This document shows, in pieces, positions 16,518-25,347 of a DNA stretch of 64,000 nt. Location of the stretch: positions 6,232 through 70,231 of the forward strand of contig JAFVUB010000009.1 in NCBI GenBank assembly GCA_017502915.1, written 5' to 3'. The position numbers and the translations under genes are program-made. Origin of the DNA: Clostridia bacterium (lineage in GTDB: Bacteria > Bacillota > Clostridia > Oscillospirales > CAG-272). The number at the start of each line of letters is the position of its first letter. The first letter of the stretch is position 1. The notes beneath the pieces are model-generated. The model was given only the letters and a program-made list of their open reading frames with translations. It was not told the origin of the DNA and did no database searches.

Positions 16518-18263
16518 TCAATCCTCGATGGCGGCCTTCTTTTTGTTGATACGGGAGATGATCTCCATATCAAACTTGGGCTCGCGCGTCTCGAAGGTGA
16601 AAAGACCGTTCTGCTCCTGCTCGACATCGGTCAGCTGGGTGTAGCAAAGACCCATGATTAGGGGATTGTCGAGAATGGCGTGCGTCAGACCCTCGTAACG
16701 TGCGTAGAACTCCTCGTAGCTCGTGGTGGCGTTGCCGTAGCTCCAGGAGACCTCCAGGTCGTTGCGGGGCAGGCAGAAGCCGATGCCGCCGTACTCCGAC
16801 ACGAACAAGGGCTGTCCGGGAGTCCATTTCTGGCGGCGGCGGCAGATCGCCATTGCCTCGGTGAACGAGCCGTTTTCAACTGCCTCGTTATAGCGGGCGC
16901 GGACCGACTCGGGATCCTGCTCGTAATCGTGAACGTCGTAGATGTCGGTGGAAACGTGGAACCAACCACTGCTGTCGATGCAGGGACGGGTGGGGTCGAG
17001 ACGCTTGGTCTCCTCGTAGGCGAGGCGGATGAAGCGATCGTCCTGACGCTTTCGCTGCGGACCGAAGTCAAAGGTCTCGTTAAAGGGACACCAGCCGATG
17101 ATCGAGGGGTGGTTGAAGTCGCGCTTGACCGAGTCCAGCCAGTCGGGCAGGAAGGTTGAAAGGTTTGCGGCGTCGGAGTGGTCAAGCCCCCAGCTGCCGT
17201 ACTCGCCCCAGACCATATAACCCATTCTGTCGGCGTGGTAGAGGTAGCGCGGCTCGAATACCTTCTGGTGCAGACGTGCGCCGTTGAAGCCGGCGTCAAG
17301 ACCGCACCGGATATCCTTGATCAGCATATCCTCGGTGGGGGCGGTGCAAACGCCGTCGTGGTAAAATCCCTGATCGAGTACCAGACGCTGGAAAACGCTC
17401 TTGCCGTTCAGCTTGAACTTGATGCCGTCCAGCTCTACCGAGCGCAGACCGAAATAGCTCTTGACCTCGTCCTGACCGAAGCGGATAACGAGATCGTAAA
17501 GTCTGCCGTGACCCAGCTCCCAGACGTGCTTTTCGGAGAGCTTGACCTCAAGCTGCGCGGTGACCGAGCGATTGACCTTTACCGCCTCGCCCACCTTTTT
17601 ACCCTTGTAAAAGACCTCTGCGGAAAAATCTCCGCGGCCGCAAAGCTCAGCGTCGATCATAACCGAAAGGTTTTCGAGGTCGGGCAGGATACGGGCGTAC
17701 TTTACGTAGCTCTCGGGTACTATCTCGTACCAAACGCTCTGCCAGATGCCCGTCGTTCTCGTGTAATAGCATTCGTGTGAGTAGAATCTCTGCGACTGCT
17801 TTCCCGTGCCCTGACGGGGGGAACGGACGTCGTCGCGGCAGCAGACCGTGATGACGTTCTCGCCGACGCTCAGCTGCTTGGTGATGTCGTACTCAAACGA
17901 GGTGTAGCCACCGACGTGGGGCAGTCCGACGCTCTTGCCGTTGACCCAGACGTCGGTCTCAAAATCAGCCGCACCGAAATGCAGTATGACTCGGTTGCCG
18001 GCAAGCTCTTGCTCGGTGAAGGAGACGGCTCTTTTATACCAAACGCAAGACATAAATTCCTTGTTGTTGACGCCCGAAAGCGGAGATTCGGGGCAGAATG
18101 GAACTATGATCTCCGAGGAGAGCACAGCCGCCTCGTGCAGCTTGCGGTCCTTGCCGCTGATACCGTTGTCTATCTCAAACTGCCACGTGCCGTTGAGGGT
18201 CTTCCAGTTTTTTCTCTCCCATTGAGGATTGGGATGCTCGGGACGGGGAATAAAAGTGTTCAT
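16518..18263 (-). CDS. Glycoside hydrolase family 2 protein
   Basis: 581 aa. Contains a sugar-binding N-domain, then NGARLHQKVFEP, HPSIIGWCPFNE and VSEYGG (TIM-barrel acid/base and nucleophile regions). Confidence 0.7.
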   Translation of the reverse strand: MNTFIPRPEHPNPQWERKNWKTLNGTWQFEIDNGISGKDRKLHEAAVLSSEIIVPFCPESPLSGVNNKEFMSCVWYKRAVSFTEQELAGNRVILHFGAADFETDVWVNGKSVGLPHVGGYTSFEYDITKQLSVGENVITVCCRDDVRSPRQGTGKQSQRFYSHECYYTRTTGIWQSVWYEIVPESYVKYARILPDLENLSVMIDAELCGRGDFSAEVFYKGKKVGEAVKVNRSVTAQLEVKLSEKHVWELGHGRLYDLVIRFGQDEVKSYFGLRSVELDGIKFKLNGKSVFQRLVLDQGFYHDGVCTAPTEDMLIKDIRCGLDAGFNGARLHQKVFEPRYLYHADRMGYMVWGEYGSWGLDHSDAANLSTFLPDWLDSVKRDFNHPSIIGWCPFNETFDFGPQRKRQDDRFIRLAYEETKRLDPTRPCIDSSGWFHVSTDIYDVHDYEQDPESVRARYNEAVENGSFTEAMAICRRRQKWTPGQPLFVSEYGGIGFCLPRNDLEVSWSYGNATTSYEEFYARYEGLTHAILDNPLIMGLCYTQLTDVEQEQNGLFTFETREPKFDMEIISRINKKKAAIED

Positions 18264-18344
18264 AAAAAATCTCCTTATTTTTTGGGACGAAGCCCTTGCT
18301 TTTTTTATCTGTCTTTATTATAATAGAAATATAGTGCAAATTCA

Positions 18345-19226
18345 ATGCAAAATATGAGCAAAAAGGTGTGTTATATGCGCAATATTTCAAATTCGACCTA
18401 CGCCGTCAAATATCCGAGCAAGGAGTTCGCCACGGCTTTTATTCCAAAGCACGGCGTTCCATTTCGCAATGCGGTCATCGGCATCACCTATCCCACCCCC
18501 GATTATAGCATTGAGCGACAAAGCAGCTCCCCCATAACGGTCTTTGAATACGTGCTCGAGGGGGAGGGCAAGCTGCTGATCGACGGAAAATGGCAGACCG
18601 CAGGGTCGGGCGATATCTATATCCTTCGCTCGGGTGAGCACCAGCACTATCGCTCCGCGCCGCAGCGTCCGTGGAAAAAGATCTGGATCAACTATATTTC
18701 GGATTATCTGACGGCAATGCTTGACGCATATAACATCAAATCGGGCATTTACAATTCCGACGCGGCAAGGGATCATTTCGAGCAGCTTTTCAAGCTCTCG
18801 CAAGCCGTCACCCCCGATCAGGACGCCTGCTATGCCATAGCCGAGCATATCCACGCCATACTGCACGCCATCGTATCGGAGCGCGGCGCAGGGCAATCGG
18901 ACAAATACAGGATCCTCGAGGCGCTGAACGCCGCCGTTTACAAAAAAACGAATCTTGATCGTCTTGCCGCCGACCTGCATATTTCAAAATCAAATATGAT
19001 CCGCATCTTCAAAAAGCATTACGGCGTCACGCCCTATGAATATTTGATCTCGCAGAAGATCTCGGCGGCAAAGCTTCTGCTGAAGGACACGAAAATGACG
19101 GTCAAGGAGATCTCGCAGCGCATCTGCATCACCGACGAGCATTATTTTTCCTCGCTTTTCTTTGCAAGGGTCGGTATGAGACCAAAGGAATACAGACAAA
19201 GTCATATACAAAACGCTAACACCTGA
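18345..19226 (+). CDS. AraC-family transcriptional regulator (cupin plus HTH)
   Basis: The C-terminus SKSNMIRIFKKHYGVTPYEYLISQKI...ITDEHYFSSLFFARVGMRPKEYR is a classic AraC HTH. The true start may be the ATG at 18375 (MRNISNS), which has an AAGGTG RBS. The gene is divergent from the GH2/GH31 genes. Confidence 0.8.
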   Translation: MQNMSKKVCYMRNISNSTYAVKYPSKEFATAFIPKHGVPFRNAVIGITYPTPDYSIERQSSSPITVFEYVLEGEGKLLIDGKWQTAGSGDIYILRSGEHQHYRSAPQRPWKKIWINYISDYLTAMLDAYNIKSGIYNSDAARDHFEQLFKLSQAVTPDQDACYAIAEHIHAILHAIVSERGAGQSDKYRILEALNAAVYKKTNLDRLAADLHISKSNMIRIFKKHYGVTPYEYLISQKISAAKLLLKDTKMTVKEISQRICITDEHYFSSLFFARVGMRPKEYRQSHIQNANT

Positions 19227-19244
19227 CCGTGACCGCCCGAACAA

Positions 19245-19285
19245 CAAAAAAGCATTGGAAAACGCTATGTTTTCCAATGCTTTTT
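19245..19285 (+). terminator. Terminator hairpin of the AraC gene; repeat family copy 2
   Basis: The sequence is aaaaaagcattggaaaacgctatgttttccaatgcttttt. It has the same stem as 8417-8456 and differs only in the loop. Confidence 0.7.
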
Positions 19286-19372
19286 GTTAGCTTTTAGATT
19301 TCTTTTTTATACTCCCCCGTGTTGATTTTTATACCGTGCTATCTTCATTTCGAGTCAACGGGTATTAAAAGA

Positions 19373-19627
19373 TCACGCTTGGCTAGTACCGGTTATCAGA
19401 TCACCCTGGGAGATGCCGGTTCCGTCGCTTAACTTATCGAGGACGTCAAGCGAGGCATTTGCGGTGCAGTTCTCGATCCTTGAGAGATATTTCACGTCGA
19501 CCTCACAATCCAGAGCAAGGCGTTCTCTTGAAAGATTCTGCCTTTTCCTATAATCGATCAAATTCTTTGATAGTCTTCTCCTTGACTTCTTGTCTGTTTC
19601 GATTTTAAGCTTTGGCTCTTTGTACAA
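19373..19627 (-). CDS. XRE-family HTH transcriptional regulator
   Basis: 84 aa. The sequence NLIDYRKRQNLSRERLALDCEVDVKYLSRIENCTANASLDVLDKL is an HTH_3 pattern. Confidence 0.75.
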   Translation of the reverse strand: MYKEPKLKIETDKKSRRRLSKNLIDYRKRQNLSRERLALDCEVDVKYLSRIENCTANASLDVLDKLSDGTGISQGDLITGTSQA

Positions 19628-19773
19628 TGTTCCGCTCCACCTTTAATAATCATTACCACTCATTCGTGGGATAAAAAAATTATAAAAATTTTTTCCAAAA
19701 GGGTCGATTGACCCTGGCGAATTTTGTCAAATAGGCTATAATGATGTCAAAGCAAGGAAAGGAGCATCGCAAA

Positions 19774-20025
19774 ATGAAGACCGAAAAATCAACCCCGACC
19801 TCTCTCGCCGTTCAACGCGAATACAGCTTAGCCGTGATCGCGAAGACAGACTCGGAGAACGCTTACGGCATAGCCGCGCACGATACGTTCGGAGATAACG
19901 CCGTCTACGTCAAGGAGATCGGCTCCGACAAGGAGCTTGCTACCTCGATCGTTGGCATTCTGAACGACAACAAAGTGCCCTGCGTCCATTTTATTGACAT
20001 CATCAATGACATGATGAATAAGTAA
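19774..20025 (+). CDS. Small hypothetical protein
   Basis: Trimmed to the ATG with a GGAAAGGAG RBS (MKTEKSTPTS...). It is divergent from the XRE gene. I do not recognise a family. Confidence 0.45.
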   Translation: MKTEKSTPTSLAVQREYSLAVIAKTDSENAYGIAAHDTFGDNAVYVKEIGSDKELATSIVGILNDNKVPCVHFIDIINDMMNK

Positions 20026-20090
20026 TTTTTAGACCCGCTGTTTAGCTTTTTTGACTTTTCTATTAATGTTTTTTATTTATGTTTGGTAGC

Positions 20091-20519
20091 TTATCTACAG
20101 GTTTCAAGATACTGGATAGTATGCCATTCACTTATTCCGTTAGTGAAAGCGCCAACCACCCATATAGCCTTGTACTGAACTCCGACCTCAGCCTCAAATT
20201 CAATGGCAATAGCTAAAGTTCCAACCGATTTGCTGCCCGAGATTTCGTCCATATATTCATACTCGGTGCCATTCCATTTATAGAGATAGAGCGTTCCCAT
20301 AATATGAGACGCAGTAGATTGCTTTCTTGCGGTGCCCGAGACGCATCCTTGCGTTCCCACAAACGCCATATCAATATTCATATTGGAAATGCTCGTCCAG
20401 TTAGGCGACACCGTTTCCTCGGGCTTTTGAGCGGCGAATGCCGGAATCGACAGGGAGCATAGCATAACTATTACAAGAGAAAGCGAAATAACGGATCTTA
20501 TCAGTTTTTTGCGTTTCAT
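20091..20519 (-). CDS. Secreted hypothetical protein
   Basis: The signal peptide is MKRKKLIRSVISLSLVIVMLCSLSIPAFA|AQ. The remainder of the protein is unassigned. Confidence 0.55.
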   Translation of the reverse strand: MKRKKLIRSVISLSLVIVMLCSLSIPAFAAQKPEETVSPNWTSISNMNIDMAFVGTQGCVSGTARKQSTASHIMGTLYLYKWNGTEYEYMDEISGSKSVGTLAIAIEFEAEVGVQYKAIWVVGAFTNGISEWHTIQYLETCR

Positions 20520-20635
20520 TTTTCCTCCAACGTCATTAATATCTGCGGGCCTACTTTTTATAACAAAAAGATCCCGAAAACGTGACAGAATTTTCGGGAT
20601 TTTTTTGTTTTTTATATTTTTTTCTTAAAAATATC

Positions 20636-21373
20636 TTATTTTACGCTTTCGGCATATTCGATAAGCTCTTCGAGATCACATTCGGTTGAAGCGATATAAT
20701 AAAAATACTCGCTGTCGCTCCACAAGATAATTATCTCATACTTGCTCACGTATTCAACGACCGTCGCATCGTTGCCGTTGATCTTAATATACGTAACGTC
20801 CACGTCTTCGTTATCAACATGGTTATAGTTTGGCTTAAGCAACCTCTGCGAAAAGGAGAAAAGATATTCGTCGTTAAAATAGTAATCAACAACAAACGTT
20901 GAGAGATTTTGTAATAAAATATCCTCCCGCACGCCCTCCGGCAGATCAGTAGGCTTTCGTATTTCTTCTATGCTCGTCGGGGCTGTCGGCTGTCCGTCGT
21001 TGGTATCAGTGGGCTCGGTCTCGGGCTCGCTTCCGCCGGGCGTTTCAAAGCGCACCGCAAAGCAGTTATCGTACCACTCGATGATCGCGCCGAATATCGC
21101 CTCTCTCCATTCGGGCACGCAGCCTATCATAATGCAACCGAGCATTGATATTATCATTATCGCCGCCGCAACGCGTAACGTCACGGTTCTTGCGCGCTTT
21201 AAGGCTGGTCTGCGTTTGCGTCCGTTAATCATCTTGGCCCTTTTTCTATAATACGAGGGGTCAAATTTTACCGACGAGGTATCAAGCTCATTAAGCTCCT
21301 TCGCATCCTCCTCGGCGCATTTCATTGCCGCTAAAGCGATCAAATGATCGAATTTATCCGATTTATTATACAT
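20636..21373 (-). CDS. Putative anti-sigma factor (single-pass membrane protein, DUF4367-like)
   Basis: Cytoplasmic N-domain, a TM segment (VAAAIMIISMLGCIMIGCV) and an extracytoplasmic domain. Its start overlaps the upstream sigma gene's stop by 8 nt. Confidence 0.55.
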   Translation of the reverse strand: MYNKSDKFDHLIALAAMKCAEEDAKELNELDTSSVKFDPSYYRKRAKMINGRKRRPALKRARTVTLRVAAAIMIISMLGCIMIGCVPEWREAIFGAIIEWYDNCFAVRFETPGGSEPETEPTDTNDGQPTAPTSIEEIRKPTDLPEGVREDILLQNLSTFVVDYYFNDEYLFSFSQRLLKPNYNHVDNEDVDVTYIKINGNDATVVEYVSKYEIIILWSDSEYFYYIASTECDLEELIEYAESVK

Positions 21374-21950
21374 ACAGATCCTTACCTCCCATCTTCAAAA
21401 GCTGCGCTCGCGCGCGTGAATATCTCTTTCTGACCAGTGCCTCCGAGATATTCATTATCTGGGCTATCATTTTGGTTTCAGCTCCCATACTTTTAAGTAT
21501 CACGATATCACGGTACTTTTCATCAAGCTTATTTACCAATTTATGAAGATTATCGCAATTCTCCTCACTGATATATATTTCTTCGACGCTCGACGAATAA
21601 TCGGGAATCTCCATTTCCACGTATTCCCCTTCCTCGTAGTCAAATACCACGAGAGGCTGCTCGTATTTGTTTCTTCGCCTTTTAATGCGTAAGGCGTTCA
21701 GAGCGCAGTTTCGTCCCACCACCGGGATCAGCTTGTCAAGATAGCCCTTGTCTCGCGCCAACTTGAATTTATCAATGCTGTATATCAGCGTGGCAACCAC
21801 CTCGTGCACGCAGTCCTGCGCCTCCTCGTGGTCGTGCAGATACTTCATGGCAATCAAATACAGCTGATGCTCATATTCTATGTATATCTTTTCAACGAAA
21901 TCGCCGTCGTCATCATTAACAACGGTTAAAATTATCGGCAACATATACAC
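21366..21950 (-). CDS. Sigma-70 family (ECF-like) RNA polymerase sigma factor
   Basis: Region 2-like sequence YLHDHEEAQDCVHEVV. Region 4 HTH sequence IVILKSMGAETKMIAQIMNISEALVRKRYSRAR. Confidence 0.7.
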   Translation of the reverse strand: MYMLPIILTVVNDDDGDFVEKIYIEYEHQLYLIAMKYLHDHEEAQDCVHEVVATLIYSIDKFKLARDKGYLDKLIPVVGRNCALNALRIKRRRNKYEQPLVVFDYEEGEYVEMEIPDYSSSVEEIYISEENCDNLHKLVNKLDEKYRDIVILKSMGAETKMIAQIMNISEALVRKRYSRARAQLLKMGGKDLYV

Positions 21951-22159
21951 TCCTCCTTCTTTTCATTCTGCCACAAAAAATTGACAACGATTTCCATTAA
22001 TTATACAACAAAATCCGTCAAAATGCAACACCTCCGTCAAGGCTCATCAAGCCGATTGACGACATTCCCGTCGAGCTTTCAAAGAAAGCTCGACGGGAGC
22101 CGTATATTACCGACCGTTTTTGAATAAACTTTAGTCAATCAAGTATTTCGAGGTGAACT

Positions 22160-22684
22160 ATGAAACGGTCGATAGGTATTTCGCAGCTGTTGGGCTTTGG
22201 CGTTACGGCTCTGGGCGGCACTTTATTGCATTTTCTCTACGATTGGCTCGGTGAGTCGGTCTTCGTCGCGCCCTTTTCAAGCGTGAACGAATCGACCTGG
22301 GAGCATATGAAGCTACTGTTTTGGCCTATGTTTATCTTCGCCGTCGTGCAGAGCTTCTTCTTTAAGGATCGCAAGGATTTTTGGTGCGTAAAGCTGCGCG
22401 GCACTCTTCTCGGGCTTATTCTCATACCCGTCCTTTTCTACACCTATAACGGCGTTATCGGCAAGTCTCCCGACTGGATAAACATCGCTATCTTCTTCAT
22501 TTCGGCAGCCGTTGCATATATTTACGAGACTCGACTTTTCAACAGCGGCAAGCTGAGTAGCCAAAACTCCAAGCGTTCCTTCATCTGGCTTTGCGTGATC
22601 GCCGTTTTGTTCGTCGTTTTCACCTTCAGAACTCCCGAGCTCGGCATCTTCAAGGACCCCTTGACCGGCGAGCTCGGAATATAA
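22160..22684 (+). CDS. Integral membrane protein of unknown function
   Basis: 174 aa with about five hydrophobic segments. It is followed by a bidirectional hairpin at about 22700-22728. Confidence 0.6.
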   Translation: MKRSIGISQLLGFGVTALGGTLLHFLYDWLGESVFVAPFSSVNESTWEHMKLLFWPMFIFAVVQSFFFKDRKDFWCVKLRGTLLGLILIPVLFYTYNGVIGKSPDWINIAIFFISAAVAYIYETRLFNSGKLSSQNSKRSFIWLCVIAVLFVVFTFRTPELGIFKDPLTGELGI

Positions 22685-22729
22685 AGGCAGCAAAAGCATA
22701 AAAGACATAGGCTTTCGCCTATGTCTTTG

Positions 22730-24160
22730 TTATTTCAAAAGCGAGATCGCGTCTCCGATCGTCTTCTCGAATGCCTCGCGGCCGTATTTATCAACGTCGC
22801 TCTTGCTCTTATCTCCGTGAGTTAAGCAGCCCGCGCCGCCGATGCAACCGCCGACACACGCCATTCCCTCAATGAAGTTTCCGTCGAGAACGCCCTTGTT
22901 GAGCTTGAGCAGTGCCATTCGGCAAGCCTCGATGCCGTCGCAAACGACAGGCTTGATCTCAAAGTCTATGTTCTGCTCCTTCATCGCCTGAACTGCCGCA
23001 TCAGTCAGTCCTCCGCTTCGGGCGAAGATTCGTCCGAAATACGACGCGTTATCGAGAACCCCCTCCTCAAGCGAGGCGATATCGAGATCTCGGCTGTCGA
23101 ACAGTGCCTGAAGCTCCTCAAAGGTCAGCACGGCGTCAAGATAGGGCTTAACCGTTTCAAGATGCGCCTCCGATTTCTTGGCAGTACAAGGTCCTATGAA
23201 GATGACCTTAGCCCCCGGTGTGGTCTCCTTTATATACTTGGCAAGTGCCGCCATAGGCGAGAGGTTATGCGAAACGTGCTTCAAAAGACTCGGGAAATTC
23301 AGCTCTATATATCTGACGAACGCCGGGCAGCACGAGCTTGTTAGCAGTCCCTTTTCGGCGAGCTCCTTTGCCTCTGCCATAGCCACCATATCGGCTCCGA
23401 GCGCCGCCTCAATAACGTCGTGGAAGCCGAGCTTCTTGAGTCCGGTAACGACCTGACCGAGCTTGGCGTACGAGAACTGGCTGGAGATAGAGGGAGCAAC
23501 GACAGCATAGACCTTATAGCTTCCGCCGTGCGGATTTTTTTCGCTCTTCTTGAGAATATCTATCGCGTTAAGTATATAAGACTTATCCGAGATAGCTCCG
23601 AAGGGACACTGATATACGCAGGCGCCGCACTGGATGCACTTCGAGTTATCTATCTTCGCCGCCTTTTCCTCGTTCATCGAGATCGCCTTGATCTTGCAGG
23701 CATTCTGACAGGGACGCTTACGGCTGACGATAGCGGTATAGGGGCAAACTCTGGCACAGGCTCCACATTCCTTACACTTAGATTTGTCTATATGTGCCAC
23801 GTGGTTGTGGTCAAAGGTGATAGCGCCGAAGCGGCAAACGTCCTCGCAACGGTGAGCCAGACAACCGCGGCAGGCGTTGGTGACCTCAAATCCGCCAACG
23901 GGACACTCGTCGCAAGCGATGTCTATTACCTCTATGACGTTGGGATTATTCTGATCTCCCCCCATCGCGAGCTTGACTCTCTCGCCGAGAATGGCTCTCT
24001 CCTTATAAACGCAGCAACGCATAGTCGGTTCTTTACCGGGGACGAGCCTCTTGGGAATATCTATAACGTTTTCGATAAGCTTGTCCTCCCACGCAAGGCG
24101 GGCGACCTCGCGCAGAACCTTATATTTCAAATGCTGTACTTTCGTATCAAATTTACGCAC
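22730..24160 (-). CDS. [FeFe]-hydrogenase, ferredoxin-domain-containing (group-B-like)
   Basis: H-cluster motifs: TSSCCPAF, FIGPCTAKK and IEGMACVGGCIGGAG. Upstream are several CxxCxxCxxxCP 4Fe-4S motifs (CKECGACARVCP, CIQCGACVYQCP). Confidence 0.8.
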   Translation of the reverse strand: MRKFDTKVQHLKYKVLREVARLAWEDKLIENVIDIPKRLVPGKEPTMRCCVYKERAILGERVKLAMGGDQNNPNVIEVIDIACDECPVGGFEVTNACRGCLAHRCEDVCRFGAITFDHNHVAHIDKSKCKECGACARVCPYTAIVSRKRPCQNACKIKAISMNEEKAAKIDNSKCIQCGACVYQCPFGAISDKSYILNAIDILKKSEKNPHGGSYKVYAVVAPSISSQFSYAKLGQVVTGLKKLGFHDVIEAALGADMVAMAEAKELAEKGLLTSSCCPAFVRYIELNFPSLLKHVSHNLSPMAALAKYIKETTPGAKVIFIGPCTAKKSEAHLETVKPYLDAVLTFEELQALFDSRDLDIASLEEGVLDNASYFGRIFARSGGLTDAAVQAMKEQNIDFEIKPVVCDGIEACRMALLKLNKGVLDGNFIEGMACVGGCIGGAGCLTHGDKSKSDVDKYGREAFEKTIGDAISLLK

Positions 24161-24174
24161 TTTTGCCTCCTGAC

Positions 24175-25347
24175 TTAAAAATAACTTACTTTTATGCGCT
24201 TACCCATTTTCTTGAGGCAGCTTGAAAGCTCCTCAACAAGGTTCATTTTTATATTGAAGTTGATCGGCAGATCGGGGTTCTGGTGAGCCGGATTGACCGC
24301 TCTTCCCACGTAGAAGTTGATATCCGTCGCCTCCTCGAACAAAAGCCTTGAGATAAGCGATGCGCCGTCCTTTTTGAAGTTCCACTCCTCGTAAAGCTCA
24401 TTCTCACCGAGATAATCCTTGGCGTACTGAATGACCTTATTCATCGTAATGACGCCCTCGGTCACGAGGTCAACGCCCTCGATATACGCGATGGGGGGAA
24501 CGTCACTGCGCTCAAAGCTCAAGCTGGCGCGGATCGGCTTGCCGAGGTATTTTGCCGCGATCGACGAGGTCGTGCCTCCGCAGACGATATGCTTGCCCTC
24601 CTTTGAGAAGAAGAGCGACATCATTCGGTTTGCATCGTCTCGGTTGGACGGCGGACCGAACAGAATGTTCATCGGCTCTCTCTTGCGGATCTTGACGACG
24701 CAGCAGGTAGTATCGTCTCCCGGCTTGTTGCCGTAGAGCTTATCACATTCGTCGACCAGCATAGTAGACAGATTTTTCGCGGTATACCCGCCGGCAACTA
24801 TAGCCTGCATATACTCGGCAATATCCTCGACCTTCCAGCCGAAGTTATACTTCCCGCCCATTCCCGCGTGAGGACAACCGTCGCTCATCGCGATGAAAAC
24901 GTCGTTCTCCTGCAACGTCACGGTCGACTTATATATCTTCTTGCCGCCGATGTTCATCTCGGTCTTGGGATAGTCGTACACCTCGTAGTCCCTTATAACT
25001 ATGACGTGCGGATTATCGTACTGAATGATCTCGGCGGTCTCATTGTTGAGAATGTGAAGAATGGTAAAGGTCGAATAGGCAACTCCGCGCAGAGAACAGA
25101 CGGGGAGCGTTGCCGCGATGGTGGAAACGCACTCCTCGATCGGAAGACCCGCCGCCATCATAGTCGAGATGATCTTTGACGTGAGGGTCGAGAGTATGCT
25201 CGCCTTAACGCCCGAGCCAAGTCCGTCAGCCAGAACGATGACGATAGAGTTATCGTCCTCCTCAATGACGTCAACGTGGTCGCCGCAAAGCTCCTCGCCA
25301 AAATGGTTTATGCTTTTATATCCGATGTCGGCAAAAAGATTATTCAT
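24175..25347 (-). CDS. SpoIIE/PP2C-family serine phosphatase with an extra C-terminal domain
   Basis: The sequences CGDHVDVIEEDD...VLADGLGSGVKASILS...SDGCPHAG are typical SpoIIE-type PP2C. About 165 C-terminal residues are unassigned. The start overlaps the stop of the upstream hydS-like gene by 8 nt. Confidence 0.75.
   Translation of the reverse strand: MNNLFADIGYKSINHFGEELCGDHVDVIEEDDNSIVIVLADGLGSGVKASILSTLTSKIISTMMAAGLPIEECVSTIAATLPVCSLRGVAYSTFTILHILNNETAEIIQYDNPHVIVIRDYEVYDYPKTEMNIGGKKIYKSTVTLQENDVFIAMSDGCPHAGMGGKYNFGWKVEDIAEYMQAIVAGGYTAKNLSTMLVDECDKLYGNKPGDDTTCCVVKIRKREPMNILFGPPSNRDDANRMMSLFFSKEGKHIVCGGTTSSIAAKYLGKPIRASLSFERSDVPPIAYIEGVDLVTEGVITMNKVIQYAKDYLGENELYEEWNFKKDGASLISRLLFEEATDINFYVGRAVNPAHQNPDLPINFNIKMNLVEELSSCLKKMGKRIKVSYF

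Noticed and set aside
15341-16549. A 402 aa plus-strand ORF, plus many other antisense or alternate-frame ORFs of about 100-370 aa. Examples: 9787..10749, 25874..26992, 27553..28503, 41136..42128, 53584..54525, 54671..55321, 46523..47392, 45796..46320, 48956..49696, 49889..50632, 17178..17780, 23420..24178 and 58318..59145.
   Set aside because: All are antisense to, or out of frame within, genes with strong family signatures. Their compositions are arginine/serine/leucine-biased, as expected from reading GC3-rich genes in the wrong frame. None has an RBS or a known motif.
16685-17299. A 204 aa same-strand alternative-frame ORF inside the GH2 gene, P/S/T/R/A-rich.
   Set aside because: It is a low-complexity product of a frame shifted against a well-conserved GH2 reading frame. 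There is no independent start context.
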